Under the pieces are notes generated by a model. That model was not told the DNA's origin. It did no database searches and worked only from the letters and a program-made list of their open reading frames with translations. The translations under genes were made by a program, and so were the position numbers. A DNA stretch of 32,000 nt from Nonlabens ponticola (GTDB taxonomy: Bacteria > Bacteroidota > Bacteroidia > Flavobacteriales > Flavobacteriaceae), in NCBI RefSeq assembly GCF_003966335.1, contig NZ_CP034549.1, forward strand, positions 240,001 through 272,000, read 5' to 3'. This document shows positions 24,977-32,000 of this stretch, piece after piece. Every line of letters begins with the position of its first letter. Position 1 is the first letter of the stretch.

Positions 24977-25705
24977 CTAGTCTTGAACATCAAATATAAT
25001 AGGCATTGCATAAAGTACACCTACGGCCTTACCTCGTTGCTTACCTGGAATCATTTTAGGTAACTTGTTAATTACACGAGCTGCTTCTTCTTGTAATTTA
25101 GGATCTTTTGCTCTTGATTGAATTTGAGTTACCTCACCTTTTTGATCGATCTTGAACTGTAGTCTTATCGTTTGTCTACCGCTCAACCCTAGCTCATTTG
25201 CTAGACCTGTATCAAAGTTCTTATTCACAAAACGGTCGATCTTTTCTTGCATACACTTTTTACGATCTGCATTATTGGTCATTTTTTCGCAGCCAGGATA
25301 AACAGGTACATTTTCAATAACCGCAAACGGTACGTCTGCAATTACTTCTTCTACACCTACTTCTTCGGCAACGTCTTCTACCTCAACAATCTCTTCTTCT
25401 TCGTCTGTCTCCGTATCCTCGATGATTGTCTCCTCAATTTCTACCTCATCCTCAACAATCTCGATGACTTCAGGTGCTGGTGGCGGTGGTGGCGGTGGCG
25501 GTGGCGTGTTAAGCATTTGAGTAATGGGAACATCTTCTTCTTCCATCATTACCATAGGCTCTTCATACTCCTCGACAATCTCAACTTCTTTGGACTCGTA
25601 TTCCAGTCCTTGCCATGACAGTAATAGCATAAAGGCTAGTCCCATCAATGCGTAAATCGTAATGTTCTTACGCAAATCGGCATTTTGTGATTTTTTTACT
25701 TCCAT
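24977..25705 (-). CDS. TonB-family protein (TM anchor, hyper-acidic and poly-Pro linker, Cys-pair TonB-C-like domain)
   Basis: 242-aa ORF. TM helix ITIYALMGLAFMLLLSW, PPPPPPPPPAP run, a long Glu/Val/Ile-rich acidic tract, and C-domain VPVYPGCEK...KKCMQEKIDRFVNKNFD...IPGKQRGKAVGVLYAMPIIF. Confidence 0.78.
   Translation of the reverse strand: MEVKKSQNADLRKNITIYALMGLAFMLLLSWQGLEYESKEVEIVEEYEEPMVMMEEEDVPITQMLNTPPPPPPPPPAPEVIEIVEDEVEIEETIIEDTETDEEEEIVEVEDVAEEVGVEEVIADVPFAVIENVPVYPGCEKMTNNADRKKCMQEKIDRFVNKNFDTGLANELGLSGRQTIRLQFKIDQKGEVTQIQSRAKDPKLQEEAARVINKLPKMIPGKQRGKAVGVLYAMPIIFDVQD
25473..25505. repeat. imperfect (GGT/GGC)n trinucleotide tract, 11 units
   Basis: GGTGCTGGTGGCGGTGGTGGCGGTGGCGGTGGC was read directly. 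It encodes the PPPPPPPPPAP run of the TonB-like protein on the - strand. Confidence 0.8.
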
Positions 25706-25769
25706 GAGTAGTGTATTAAGTAGTGCTAAAAATATATAAATAGCGCTTGATAAAAAAGCACCGCATTGA

Positions 25770-26183
25770 TTATCTAGTATAAATAAATCTAGAGATTAAA
25801 TGCATGACTAGAGCTGCAATAACAATGCCAGCAAGATTTGCTACGGCATCTAGCGGATCCATTTGTCTATTATTAGACCATAAAGCCTGAGCAAATTCAA
25901 TCAAAGCCCCAATTACAAAAGAAAAAACAATGGCGGCTATTGCTATAACTCTAGACCAATCGCTCAATATAGTATGTAGATCATATTTATAGTCTGGTTG
26001 TCGTTCTAAAAATCTATGATAGAAAAATAGATACCAGCATACAAACATGATAGCATAAGCTGTAAAATGAAGCACCTTATCAAAATGTTGAAATGGAGCT
26101 TCCTTTATCGGCGCACTATCGCTGAGCGATCCATAGCATACCAACAGAGTATAAAATGGAGCAACCCAGTATAAAATTTTCAT
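25770..26183 (-). CDS. VanZ-like membrane protein
   Basis: 137-aa ORF with four helices. The DKVLHFTAYA motif is typical of the VanZ family. It lies 2 nt downstream of gcvH. Confidence 0.6.
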   Translation of the reverse strand: MKILYWVAPFYTLLVCYGSLSDSAPIKEAPFQHFDKVLHFTAYAIMFVCWYLFFYHRFLERQPDYKYDLHTILSDWSRVIAIAAIVFSFVIGALIEFAQALWSNNRQMDPLDAVANLAGIVIAALVMHLISRFIYTR

Positions 26184-26185
26184 GA

Positions 26186-26563
26186 TTACCCTACTAGCTC
26201 CTTGTAAGCCGCTGCGTCCATAAGGCCAGCAATTTGTGCCGTATCACTCATGGTCATCTTGATCATCCAGCCCATACCGTAAGGATCAGTATTCACCAGC
26301 TCAGGCTCATCTTCTAGCTCATCATTAAACTCAGTAATGGTTCCTGATAATGGTAAAAACAAATCAGATACTGTTTTAACAGCCTCAACGGTCCCAAAAA
26401 CTTCTTCTTGATCTAGAGTTTCGTCCAGCGTTTCTACCTCGACATATACGATGTCGCCTAGTTCACCTTGAGCAAAATCTGTGATACCTACAATTGCGGT
26501 ATCGCCTTCAATCTTAATCCACTCGTGATCTTTGGTATATTTTAATTCTGCTGGAATGTTCAT
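26186..26563 (-). CDS. gcvH: glycine cleavage system protein H
   Basis: 125-aa ORF with the lipoyl-lysine motif VEAVKTVSD and the N-terminal YTKDHEWI, typical of GcvH. Confidence 0.95.
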   Translation of the reverse strand: MNIPAELKYTKDHEWIKIEGDTAIVGITDFAQGELGDIVYVEVETLDETLDQEEVFGTVEAVKTVSDLFLPLSGTITEFNDELEDEPELVNTDPYGMGWMIKMTMSDTAQIAGLMDAAAYKELVG

Positions 26564-26581
26564 AGTGTTGATTTATGCTCG

Positions 26582-26589
26582 CAAATTTA
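26582..26589 (-). promoter_or_regulatory. candidate -7 promoter box TAAATTTG for gcvH
   Basis: The reverse complement of CAAATTTA matches TAnnTTTG, 18 nt upstream of the gcvH ATG, in the 60-bp gap after sprA. Confidence 0.35.
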
Positions 26590-26623
26590 ATTAACTATTG
26601 CGATTTGTAAGAAGCTAATTAAG

Positions 26624-29600
26624 TTAATTACCAAACGTATATCGCAACCTTATACCACTGCGTATAGTAGTTTGCGGGAAGGCTGTTGAGATCGCAAATT
26701 CAGAGAATGAATGGTCATAATAGAATATCGCTGTAAAGGCGCGGCTCAAGGCATATTCTGCAGTGAACTTTGCTCCATAAATAGTTTGTCCTGCAGTTGC
26801 CTGACTGTTCTCCAGATCTAAATATCTTATAATGGTTATGTTGTCTCTTATCGAGCCATCAAGTCTTAAATTAAGGTCACTCTTGATAACTTGACTACGA
26901 CCACCGATTTTTGTTTTGAACGGTACATCCTTGATGCGGTAACCTACACCTAAAATTAATTGGTTACTATTGATCTCAGTCAATAGATTGTTGTCAAAAC
27001 TCAATGAAATGGCGCGATCCCGTCTTAGCTCTGCGGCGATGGACATAGAATTCCTCATCTCAAAGTCCACTTTTAATAAAGGTGAGAATGACTCTACTAG
27101 ATTAACGTTAAAGAACAAATCTTCTGGCTTGAAATCACCATTTTGATTCAATGCTTGCTGATTTTGATCCTCATAAGCCAGACCACCGTTACCAGGCGAG
27201 AAATCAAGATTAGTCTGGAATCTATTGATCGTATATCCTGCTTGATATCCATGCTGTAAGGAGAAACGTTTGAATCGTTTCTTGAACCATTTAAGGTTCA
27301 TCAAGCCTGTGTACTTAATTTGCCAGTTAGGTAGAGGAATGTCACGCAATGCGTCGGTATCTTGATCATCTGCATCACGACCTTCATAAGCCGATAAGAA
27401 TGATGGTAACAGTACCTTTTGACTATTGCGACTAAAGCCCAATGGGAAACCTTGATCGTCCCGACCAAAATTATCATTGCCGTAAAACTCACGCGCCAAA
27501 CGATTTGCTACATCAATCCTATTCTCTCTAAACTGATTAAACGTCGTTGAATTATCGATGCTGTTATTACCAAAGGATGTACCTATCATGATGGTAGAAA
27601 TCTGGAAATTTCCAGAGGTCTGTGGCGTTAGTGATTGATAGGTTAGATCATCTGGATCTACCCGATAGTTCTCTTGGAAAAACTCTGTGTATTGTCGGTT
27701 TGCATTAAGATCAATCTTCAAATCTGGTAGCAGGTCAACATTAAATGTCAAGCCTAGTGTCCTGGATTCAGTCTCAGTATATTGCTCGTTGAAATCCTCA
27801 TAGAGCGTCAACCAGCCATTGCGAGCTGCTAGGTCTCGCACCTCTGCCTGGCTACCAAAGGTAAAACCGGTGGTAGGCTTGAGTGTCCCTATAAATCCTA
27901 CATCAGGCAAATAACCTGGTAAGAATATACCGTTTGCCTCTTCATAGTTAATGGTAGCACGCTTGACTGCGGTTAGTATCCCTACAAAGGTATTGTACGT
28001 TTTGTTAGCAAAATTCTCTTTAGGAATCTCTGGAACTTTAGCCTCTTCGCCTTCTTTACCTTCGGCGTCATCTTTTTTAGTAGGTAAGGTGTTTCTGGAT
28101 CTTCCTCGTTGTTTTTGCTGCTTCTTTTGGAGCTCTCTTCTAGCCTCGGCACCAAATTTCTTTTTCTCGAGACCTACATATGTGTAGAGTTTGCCCAGAT
28201 CCAACGTTCCGTTCCAGCGATGTGAATTATTATTGGATACGCTATTCCCTAGATTTGGGATGCCATCTAGTTGAGCAAATTGTTGTGAGTTACGCTGCCA
28301 TAAAAAGTCTGCAGTGTATGTGTAGGTAGCTTTCGCGAAAGCTAAAAAAGGAATCTTATCAAGAGGCAGCTGATACGTCGCGGCCAGGCGCTGAGTGTGT
28401 CGATCGGGTATACCTTCATCAAAAAAGTTGGTAAACAACGTATAATCCTCATCAATAGAGCCGTCATCGTCGTTAATGTAACTGCGCACCACACGATTGT
28501 TATTTGCAGCAAAGTTTATATTGAGTGAATTGGTCAAATCCCAATTGACTGCATATTGATTAGCTAAGGTGAAATTGCGATTTGTCAGCGGGTCAATCGC
28601 GATATTTTGCGCATCAGGAATACCATCACCGTTTAAATCTACTGGATTAGTATCCAGCTGTAAATCACGGAATGTCTGTGTGTTAAATTGACGTATGACG
28701 GAAGCACCAGCCGTAAAATTGTTAGGAAGCAGGTTGACGTTGAAATCCCTGACAAACTTGAGATAATCGCCGGCAAGCGTTGTGTCTGCATTCTTGAATG
28801 GCTCAACTACCAACTCTGGAAAAGCATAGTTATAGGTCGTATTGACATTTACCGATTGTGCCTTGAATTCTTCTATCTCAAAGTCTCGCTGATCGGTCTG
28901 ATTATACGAACCTGAGAAGACAAAATTCTCAATATCATAAGGCATAGGTTTCTTATCTCCAGTGCGCTGTTTAGTCACTCCTATAAGGTTGACGCTTTGT
29001 CTTCTGGTGTATTCTTCTGATTGTTCTTCGATGGCATCGCGCTCTTCATCGCTTTGAGCATTTGCTAATCTCGTGTCCAATTCAATATCCTCAAATTGTG
29101 GATCAAATTGCGGTGTTACCGTTTCTTCACCTATGCTATAAGAAAATGGAACTCTAAGACCCCATTTTTCTGGGAACAGCATTCCTAAGCTCATACTAGT
29201 GGTCACGTCATATTGCGTAACATTCTCACGATTGCGCTCGTTAGGGCCTTGCTCAATACTACCAAAACCTATGGTGCTTCTTCTACCAGTGGCGCTGACG
29301 GTTGCAAAGTCTGCCATGTTTGCATCCATGTTTAGAATAGCTGCGTATCCACCTTCATTTTTCAATCCTGATAACCTCAACTCATTGTACCAAACTTCAC
29401 CACATAAATCTTCTTTTTTTGAATTGCGTATTCCCAACATCACCGTACGCACATCACCAAAATTAGGATTACCCTTGATCCCGTAAATCTGCTGGTTAGG
29501 TCTGTTTGCTGCTGACTCATCAAGTTCAATCTCATTGAAGAAATTTTCTTCACTAGGATTGAGTGTGGGATCTCCTAGCACTCTCGACTTAATTTCTTGA

Positions 29601-32000
29601 AGTAGAGAAAGGTCTATCTGGAACTCATTGGCCTCTGGCCATATTTCTTGCGGAGATGTAGTATTAAATGGCGTTAATTGTAATGGCAACCTTATTTCAT
29701 AGTAGTTTTCAGTAAAGTCAACTCCTATTCTTATAAAAGCCTGCATGTCGCCATCGTTAAGAGGATCCTCATTTACAAGACTTTCTGCATGGACAAACAT
29801 GCGCAGCTCTTCATACTGTCGCATATCGATGCGTATATTCTTAAATACAGCACGACTATCTTCACCTTCTAGACCACAAACTCTCAAGGCGAGTGATTGC
29901 TCGTTTTGACGTATGTTTTGATTTTGTGTTCTCAATTCCTCACGCACAACACCTGGTGGTAATCTATAAGGAATAGGCGATCGTGCATCGTTGTTCTCGA
30001 TGTTTACTGCCTCAACCTCAAAGGACGTATTGTCGTTATCTTGATTAGGATCATCCTCATCAAGTGATGCGGTAAACCTGCGGTAATCACCTCTTACAAG
30101 ATCCAGTGAACCGAAACGCAAGAATGTATCCTCTTCAAAATCTGTCATGTACATTCTCAAGAAACGTATCGCTCTAAAGTCATCAATACCGCCGATGCTC
30201 TCTCTTTCTGGATCGTTCAATGGAATACGGAATTGCACCCAGCGTGTTTCTAATGTTGAACCGTTAGGCAAGGTGGTACTTACCGTACGAGAATCATTGA
30301 TATACCTATTATTGCCAACGTCCATTCCAGGGAAAATATCGACATCGTATTGGAAATAGCTGTCAATCGTATTCATGGTATTATCACGATTGATATCCTC
30401 GACATCTGGCTGCGTGGTAGAACCGCGATTGGTTTGGGTCACCTCGACAGGTGAATTACCTTGAGTATTATTATAACGTTTATATCGTTGCAAAATATCA
30501 CCGCTTGCGGCTAGGAAATACTCATAGTTATCGTTTGCCGGATCTTCTGGGCCAAATTCTGGGAACGCTGCAGTTTCTTCTTCATCATTGAAACCATCAA
30601 GACCTATATCTTGATTGGCACGCTCTGCACCTTCAGTATCAAAAGCGTAAATCAAGGAATTATTTAATGGTACTTTACCATAAGCGGTAGGAATCGTCAA
30701 ACGATCGCCGCCTTCTTCTGGTAAACCATTCTCATATTGCTTACGATTGTCCTTGAGAATATCTTCACTAATACTACCCAGGTTGAAAGAAATAGTACCT
30801 CCATCATTTGTAGGCTCGTACATGAAAGGATCCATCATCCAGAATTGGATATATTCAACATTAGTTTGCTCAAAGTCAGTGCTTAAAAACTGTCTTGTGA
30901 TTCCACCCCAATTGTCTCCTGGATCTGGTAATGTGTTGGTTCCTGCAGCTTCAGGATTATAGTTGTAGGTTCCACGCTCATCTGGATAGAAAGCTAGGTC
31001 AAGCGTATTTATTACCTGCTGTTGCCCTTGTTGTAAGTCTACCTGCGGGAAAATCTCGTCAATAAATACACGTCTAGTTCTATATTCAGAAAGGTCTGCA
31101 TCTGTGATTTCTCCTGGTCGCTGGCTACCGTAAAATATTGGATCAATGGTGTACCATGCTAATCTCGCGCGACGGTAGTTAAATTCCAACGGATCTGATG
31201 AATTATTCAACCCATCCTGAAACTCTACTGGTGTACTTGACAAATTCCAACTAAGTGGTGATAGGATGTCAATAGTTGTTTGAGATCCTTCAAAATCATC
31301 GACATAGGCTGCTGCACGACCTTCAAAATCATCAGCATCTGGTGATCCTGGAAATAGATAGGCAAACTCACCACGCAACGATAGATTAGATTGTACGTCA
31401 GTATCTACGTTAGGTAACTTATTTACCAGTCTGGTTAAGAAAGGCACCTCTGTATTGTAAAGAAAGTTGGCTCCTACTATGGTATTGTTGATTGGCTCCA
31501 GACCATACGTACTCTTTTGAGTAATAGGACGCTCTTTCAAGTTCAAGAATGTACCACCAACGATGAAGTCCTCGCTAAATTGATGCTCAACATTAATTCC
31601 TGTAAACCTTTTTGTTTGTTGATTGAACAACGAGTTACTTTCAGTAGAAACCTGAATAGGTGTGTTGGAATTTAACAATGCTTGATCTAGTATGATTACT
31701 CGACCAGCGGCATAATCTACTGTGTAGTCAATTCCTTCTTGCAGCGTTCTACCACCAGCAGTAACTGTTACCGATCCACGAGGTAAATTGAATCCACCAA
31801 CGGGTATTCCTTGCTGTCCAGTTGCTTTGTATTCTCCTTTAATCAGGTATTTGTTACGCTCACTATTTTGTAGGGCTTGAGCCTTTGTCGTACGATACAT
31901 GTCTCGATATACATAACGCGCCTGGTTAGCATTATAAGACGAGCGATCATTGTAGTCCTCAATTCCTGATCCTGGTGTATTATCCAGTTCATCAAAAATG
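26624..32000 (-). CDS. sprA: T9SS translocon / gliding-motility protein SprA, C-terminal ~1790 aa (N-terminus lies beyond the right edge)
   Basis: Giant ORF. I checked that the frame stays open from 31900 to 32000 (..IFDELDNTPGSGIEDYNDRSSYNANQARYVYRD-MYRTTKAQ..), so the Met at 31900 is internal. The size, beta-rich composition, C-terminal ...IRLRYTFGN, and the gcvH neighbour fit SprA/Sov of Bacteroidetes. Confidence 0.9.
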   Translation of the reverse strand, partial: IFDELDNTPGSGIEDYNDRSSYNANQARYVYRDMYRTTKAQALQNSERNKYLIKGEYKATGQQGIPVGGFNLPRGSVTVTAGGRTLQEGIDYTVDYAAGRVIILDQALLNSNTPIQVSTESNSLFNQQTKRFTGINVEHQFSEDFIVGGTFLNLKERPITQKSTYGLEPINNTIVGANFLYNTEVPFLTRLVNKLPNVDTDVQSNLSLRGEFAYLFPGSPDADDFEGRAAAYVDDFEGSQTTIDILSPLSWNLSSTPVEFQDGLNNSSDPLEFNYRRARLAWYTIDPIFYGSQRPGEITDADLSEYRTRRVFIDEIFPQVDLQQGQQQVINTLDLAFYPDERGTYNYNPEAAGTNTLPDPGDNWGGITRQFLSTDFEQTNVEYIQFWMMDPFMYEPTNDGGTISFNLGSISEDILKDNRKQYENGLPEEGGDRLTIPTAYGKVPLNNSLIYAFDTEGAERANQDIGLDGFNDEEETAAFPEFGPEDPANDNYEYFLAASGDILQRYKRYNNTQGNSPVEVTQTNRGSTTQPDVEDINRDNTMNTIDSYFQYDVDIFPGMDVGNNRYINDSRTVSTTLPNGSTLETRWVQFRIPLNDPERESIGGIDDFRAIRFLRMYMTDFEEDTFLRFGSLDLVRGDYRRFTASLDEDDPNQDNDNTSFEVEAVNIENNDARSPIPYRLPPGVVREELRTQNQNIRQNEQSLALRVCGLEGEDSRAVFKNIRIDMRQYEELRMFVHAESLVNEDPLNDGDMQAFIRIGVDFTENYYEIRLPLQLTPFNTTSPQEIWPEANEFQIDLSLLQEIKSRVLGDPTLNPSEENFFNEIELDESAANRPNQQIYGIKGNPNFGDVRTVMLGIRNSKKEDLCGEVWYNELRLSGLKNEGGYAAILNMDANMADFATVSATGRRSTIGFGSIEQGPNERNRENVTQYDVTTSMSLGMLFPEKWGLRVPFSYSIGEETVTPQFDPQFEDIELDTRLANAQSDEERDAIEEQSEEYTRRQSVNLIGVTKQRTGDKKPMPYDIENFVFSGSYNQTDQRDFEIEEFKAQSVNVNTTYNYAFPELVVEPFKNADTTLAGDYLKFVRDFNVNLLPNNFTAGASVIRQFNTQTFRDLQLDTNPVDLNGDGIPDAQNIAIDPLTNRNFTLANQYAVNWDLTNSLNINFAANNNRVVRSYINDDDGSIDEDYTLFTNFFDEGIPDRHTQRLAATYQLPLDKIPFLAFAKATYTYTADFLWQRNSQQFAQLDGIPNLGNSVSNNNSHRWNGTLDLGKLYTYVGLEKKKFGAEARRELQKKQQKQRGRSRNTLPTKKDDAEGKEGEEAKVPEIPKENFANKTYNTFVGILTAVKRATINYEEANGIFLPGYLPDVGFIGTLKPTTGFTFGSQAEVRDLAARNGWLTLYEDFNEQYTETESRTLGLTFNVDLLPDLKIDLNANRQYTEFFQENYRVDPDDLTYQSLTPQTSGNFQISTIMIGTSFGNNSIDNSTTFNQFRENRIDVANRLAREFYGNDNFGRDDQGFPLGFSRNSQKVLLPSFLSAYEGRDADDQDTDALRDIPLPNWQIKYTGLMNLKWFKKRFKRFSLQHGYQAGYTINRFQTNLDFSPGNGGLAYEDQNQQALNQNGDFKPEDLFFNVNLVESFSPLLKVDFEMRNSMSIAAELRRDRAISLSFDNNLLTEINSNQLILGVGYRIKDVPFKTKIGGRSQVIKSDLNLRLDGSIRDNITIIRYLDLENSQATAGQTIYGAKFTAEYALSRAFTAIFYYDHSFSEFAISTAFPQTTIRSGIRLRYTFGN
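28329..28342. repeat. iterated palindrome copy 8, GCTTTCGCGAAAGC (perfect; 18-bp palindrome TAGCTTTCGCGAAAGCTA at 28327-28344), inside sprA
   Basis: Read directly from the sequence. On the coding (-) strand it is read TTA GCT TTC GCG AAA GCT ACC = LAFAKAT. Confidence 0.95.

Noticed and set aside
317-28342. The palindrome as a rho-independent terminator or an ordinary REP element.
   Set aside because: As RNA it can form only about a 5-bp stem with a CGCG loop and has no T-tract. Five of eight copies are in the middle of translated ORFs. The real terminators in the window are unrelated in sequence.
317-28342. The palindrome as the footprint or terminal repeat of a MITE or IS, or a Rickettsia-RPE-like in-frame insertion.
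   Set aside because: There is no conserved sequence beyond about 4 nt of flank, no target-site duplications, and no transposase in the window. TrmB shows no extra residues at the site, judging by motif spacing compared from memory with B. subtilis TrmB.
317-28342. The palindrome as canonical parS (TGTTTCACGTGAAACA).
   Set aside because: The arms are similar (TTTC..GAAA), but the centre is 2 bp instead of 4 bp, so half-site phasing differs. One site per ~4 kb is far denser than known parS, NBS or matS distributions. It is kept only as a distant analogy.
1-32000. Search for tRNA, rRNA, CRISPR arrays, integrases/transposases, toxin-antitoxin or defence-system genes.
   Set aside because: All intergenic gaps are 243 bp or shorter and are accounted for by promoters and terminators. 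There are no repeat-spacer arrays. Every sizeable ORF has a housekeeping or envelope-related assignment, and nothing looks horizontally acquired.

Overview
This window looks like a core chromosomal segment of a Flavobacteriia-type Bacteroidota genome, roughly 40% G+C by eye. The taxonomic call rests on a large partial sprA (T9SS translocon) gene, a cargo protein with a C-terminal T9SS sorting domain, Bacteroidetes-style TAnnTTTG -7 promoter boxes, and several Flavobacteria-typical DUF genes. I support 29 protein-coding genes, almost all housekeeping: acyl-CoA dehydrogenase, aldehyde dehydrogenase, an alkyltransferase-like (ATL) protein, a LysE-type exporter, trmB, a glycosyltransferase, an OmpR-type two-component pair, a T9SS cargo protein, a LuxE-like adenylating enzyme, tyrS, an SDR epimerase, dihydroorotase, a Dpm1-like GT2, hemD, pckA, saccharopine dehydrogenase, a Zn peptidase, a RemB-like outer-membrane protein, two TonB-like proteins, VanZ, gcvH and sprA. 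I also support several rho-independent terminators and candidate -7 boxes. I saw no rRNA, tRNA, CRISPR array, transposase, integrase or obvious defence or toxin genes. The most unusual signal is not a gene. The 14-bp perfect palindrome GCTTTCGCGAAAGC (12-bp core CTTTCGCGAAAG) occurs 8 times, three intergenic and five inside unrelated genes. This is thousands of times above chance. The copies are spaced at a strikingly regular ~4 kb interval, and the coding copies appear to have arisen by substitution rather than insertion, reading AFAKA or RFRES. It behaves like a highly iterated palindrome, uptake-signal or nucleoid-protein site family, and I do not recognise it as described. Secondary observations:
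- three consecutive genes share a Cys-pair TonB-C-like domain downstream of sprA-gcvH-vanZ;
- an ATL protein has Cys->Ala in the active-site motif;
- a 10-bp hairpin sequesters the aldehyde dehydrogenase start codon;
- near-identical terminator hairpins bracket that gene;
- an untracked 58-aa membrane ORF is coupled to tyrS;
- two convergent genes overlap by 118 bp.
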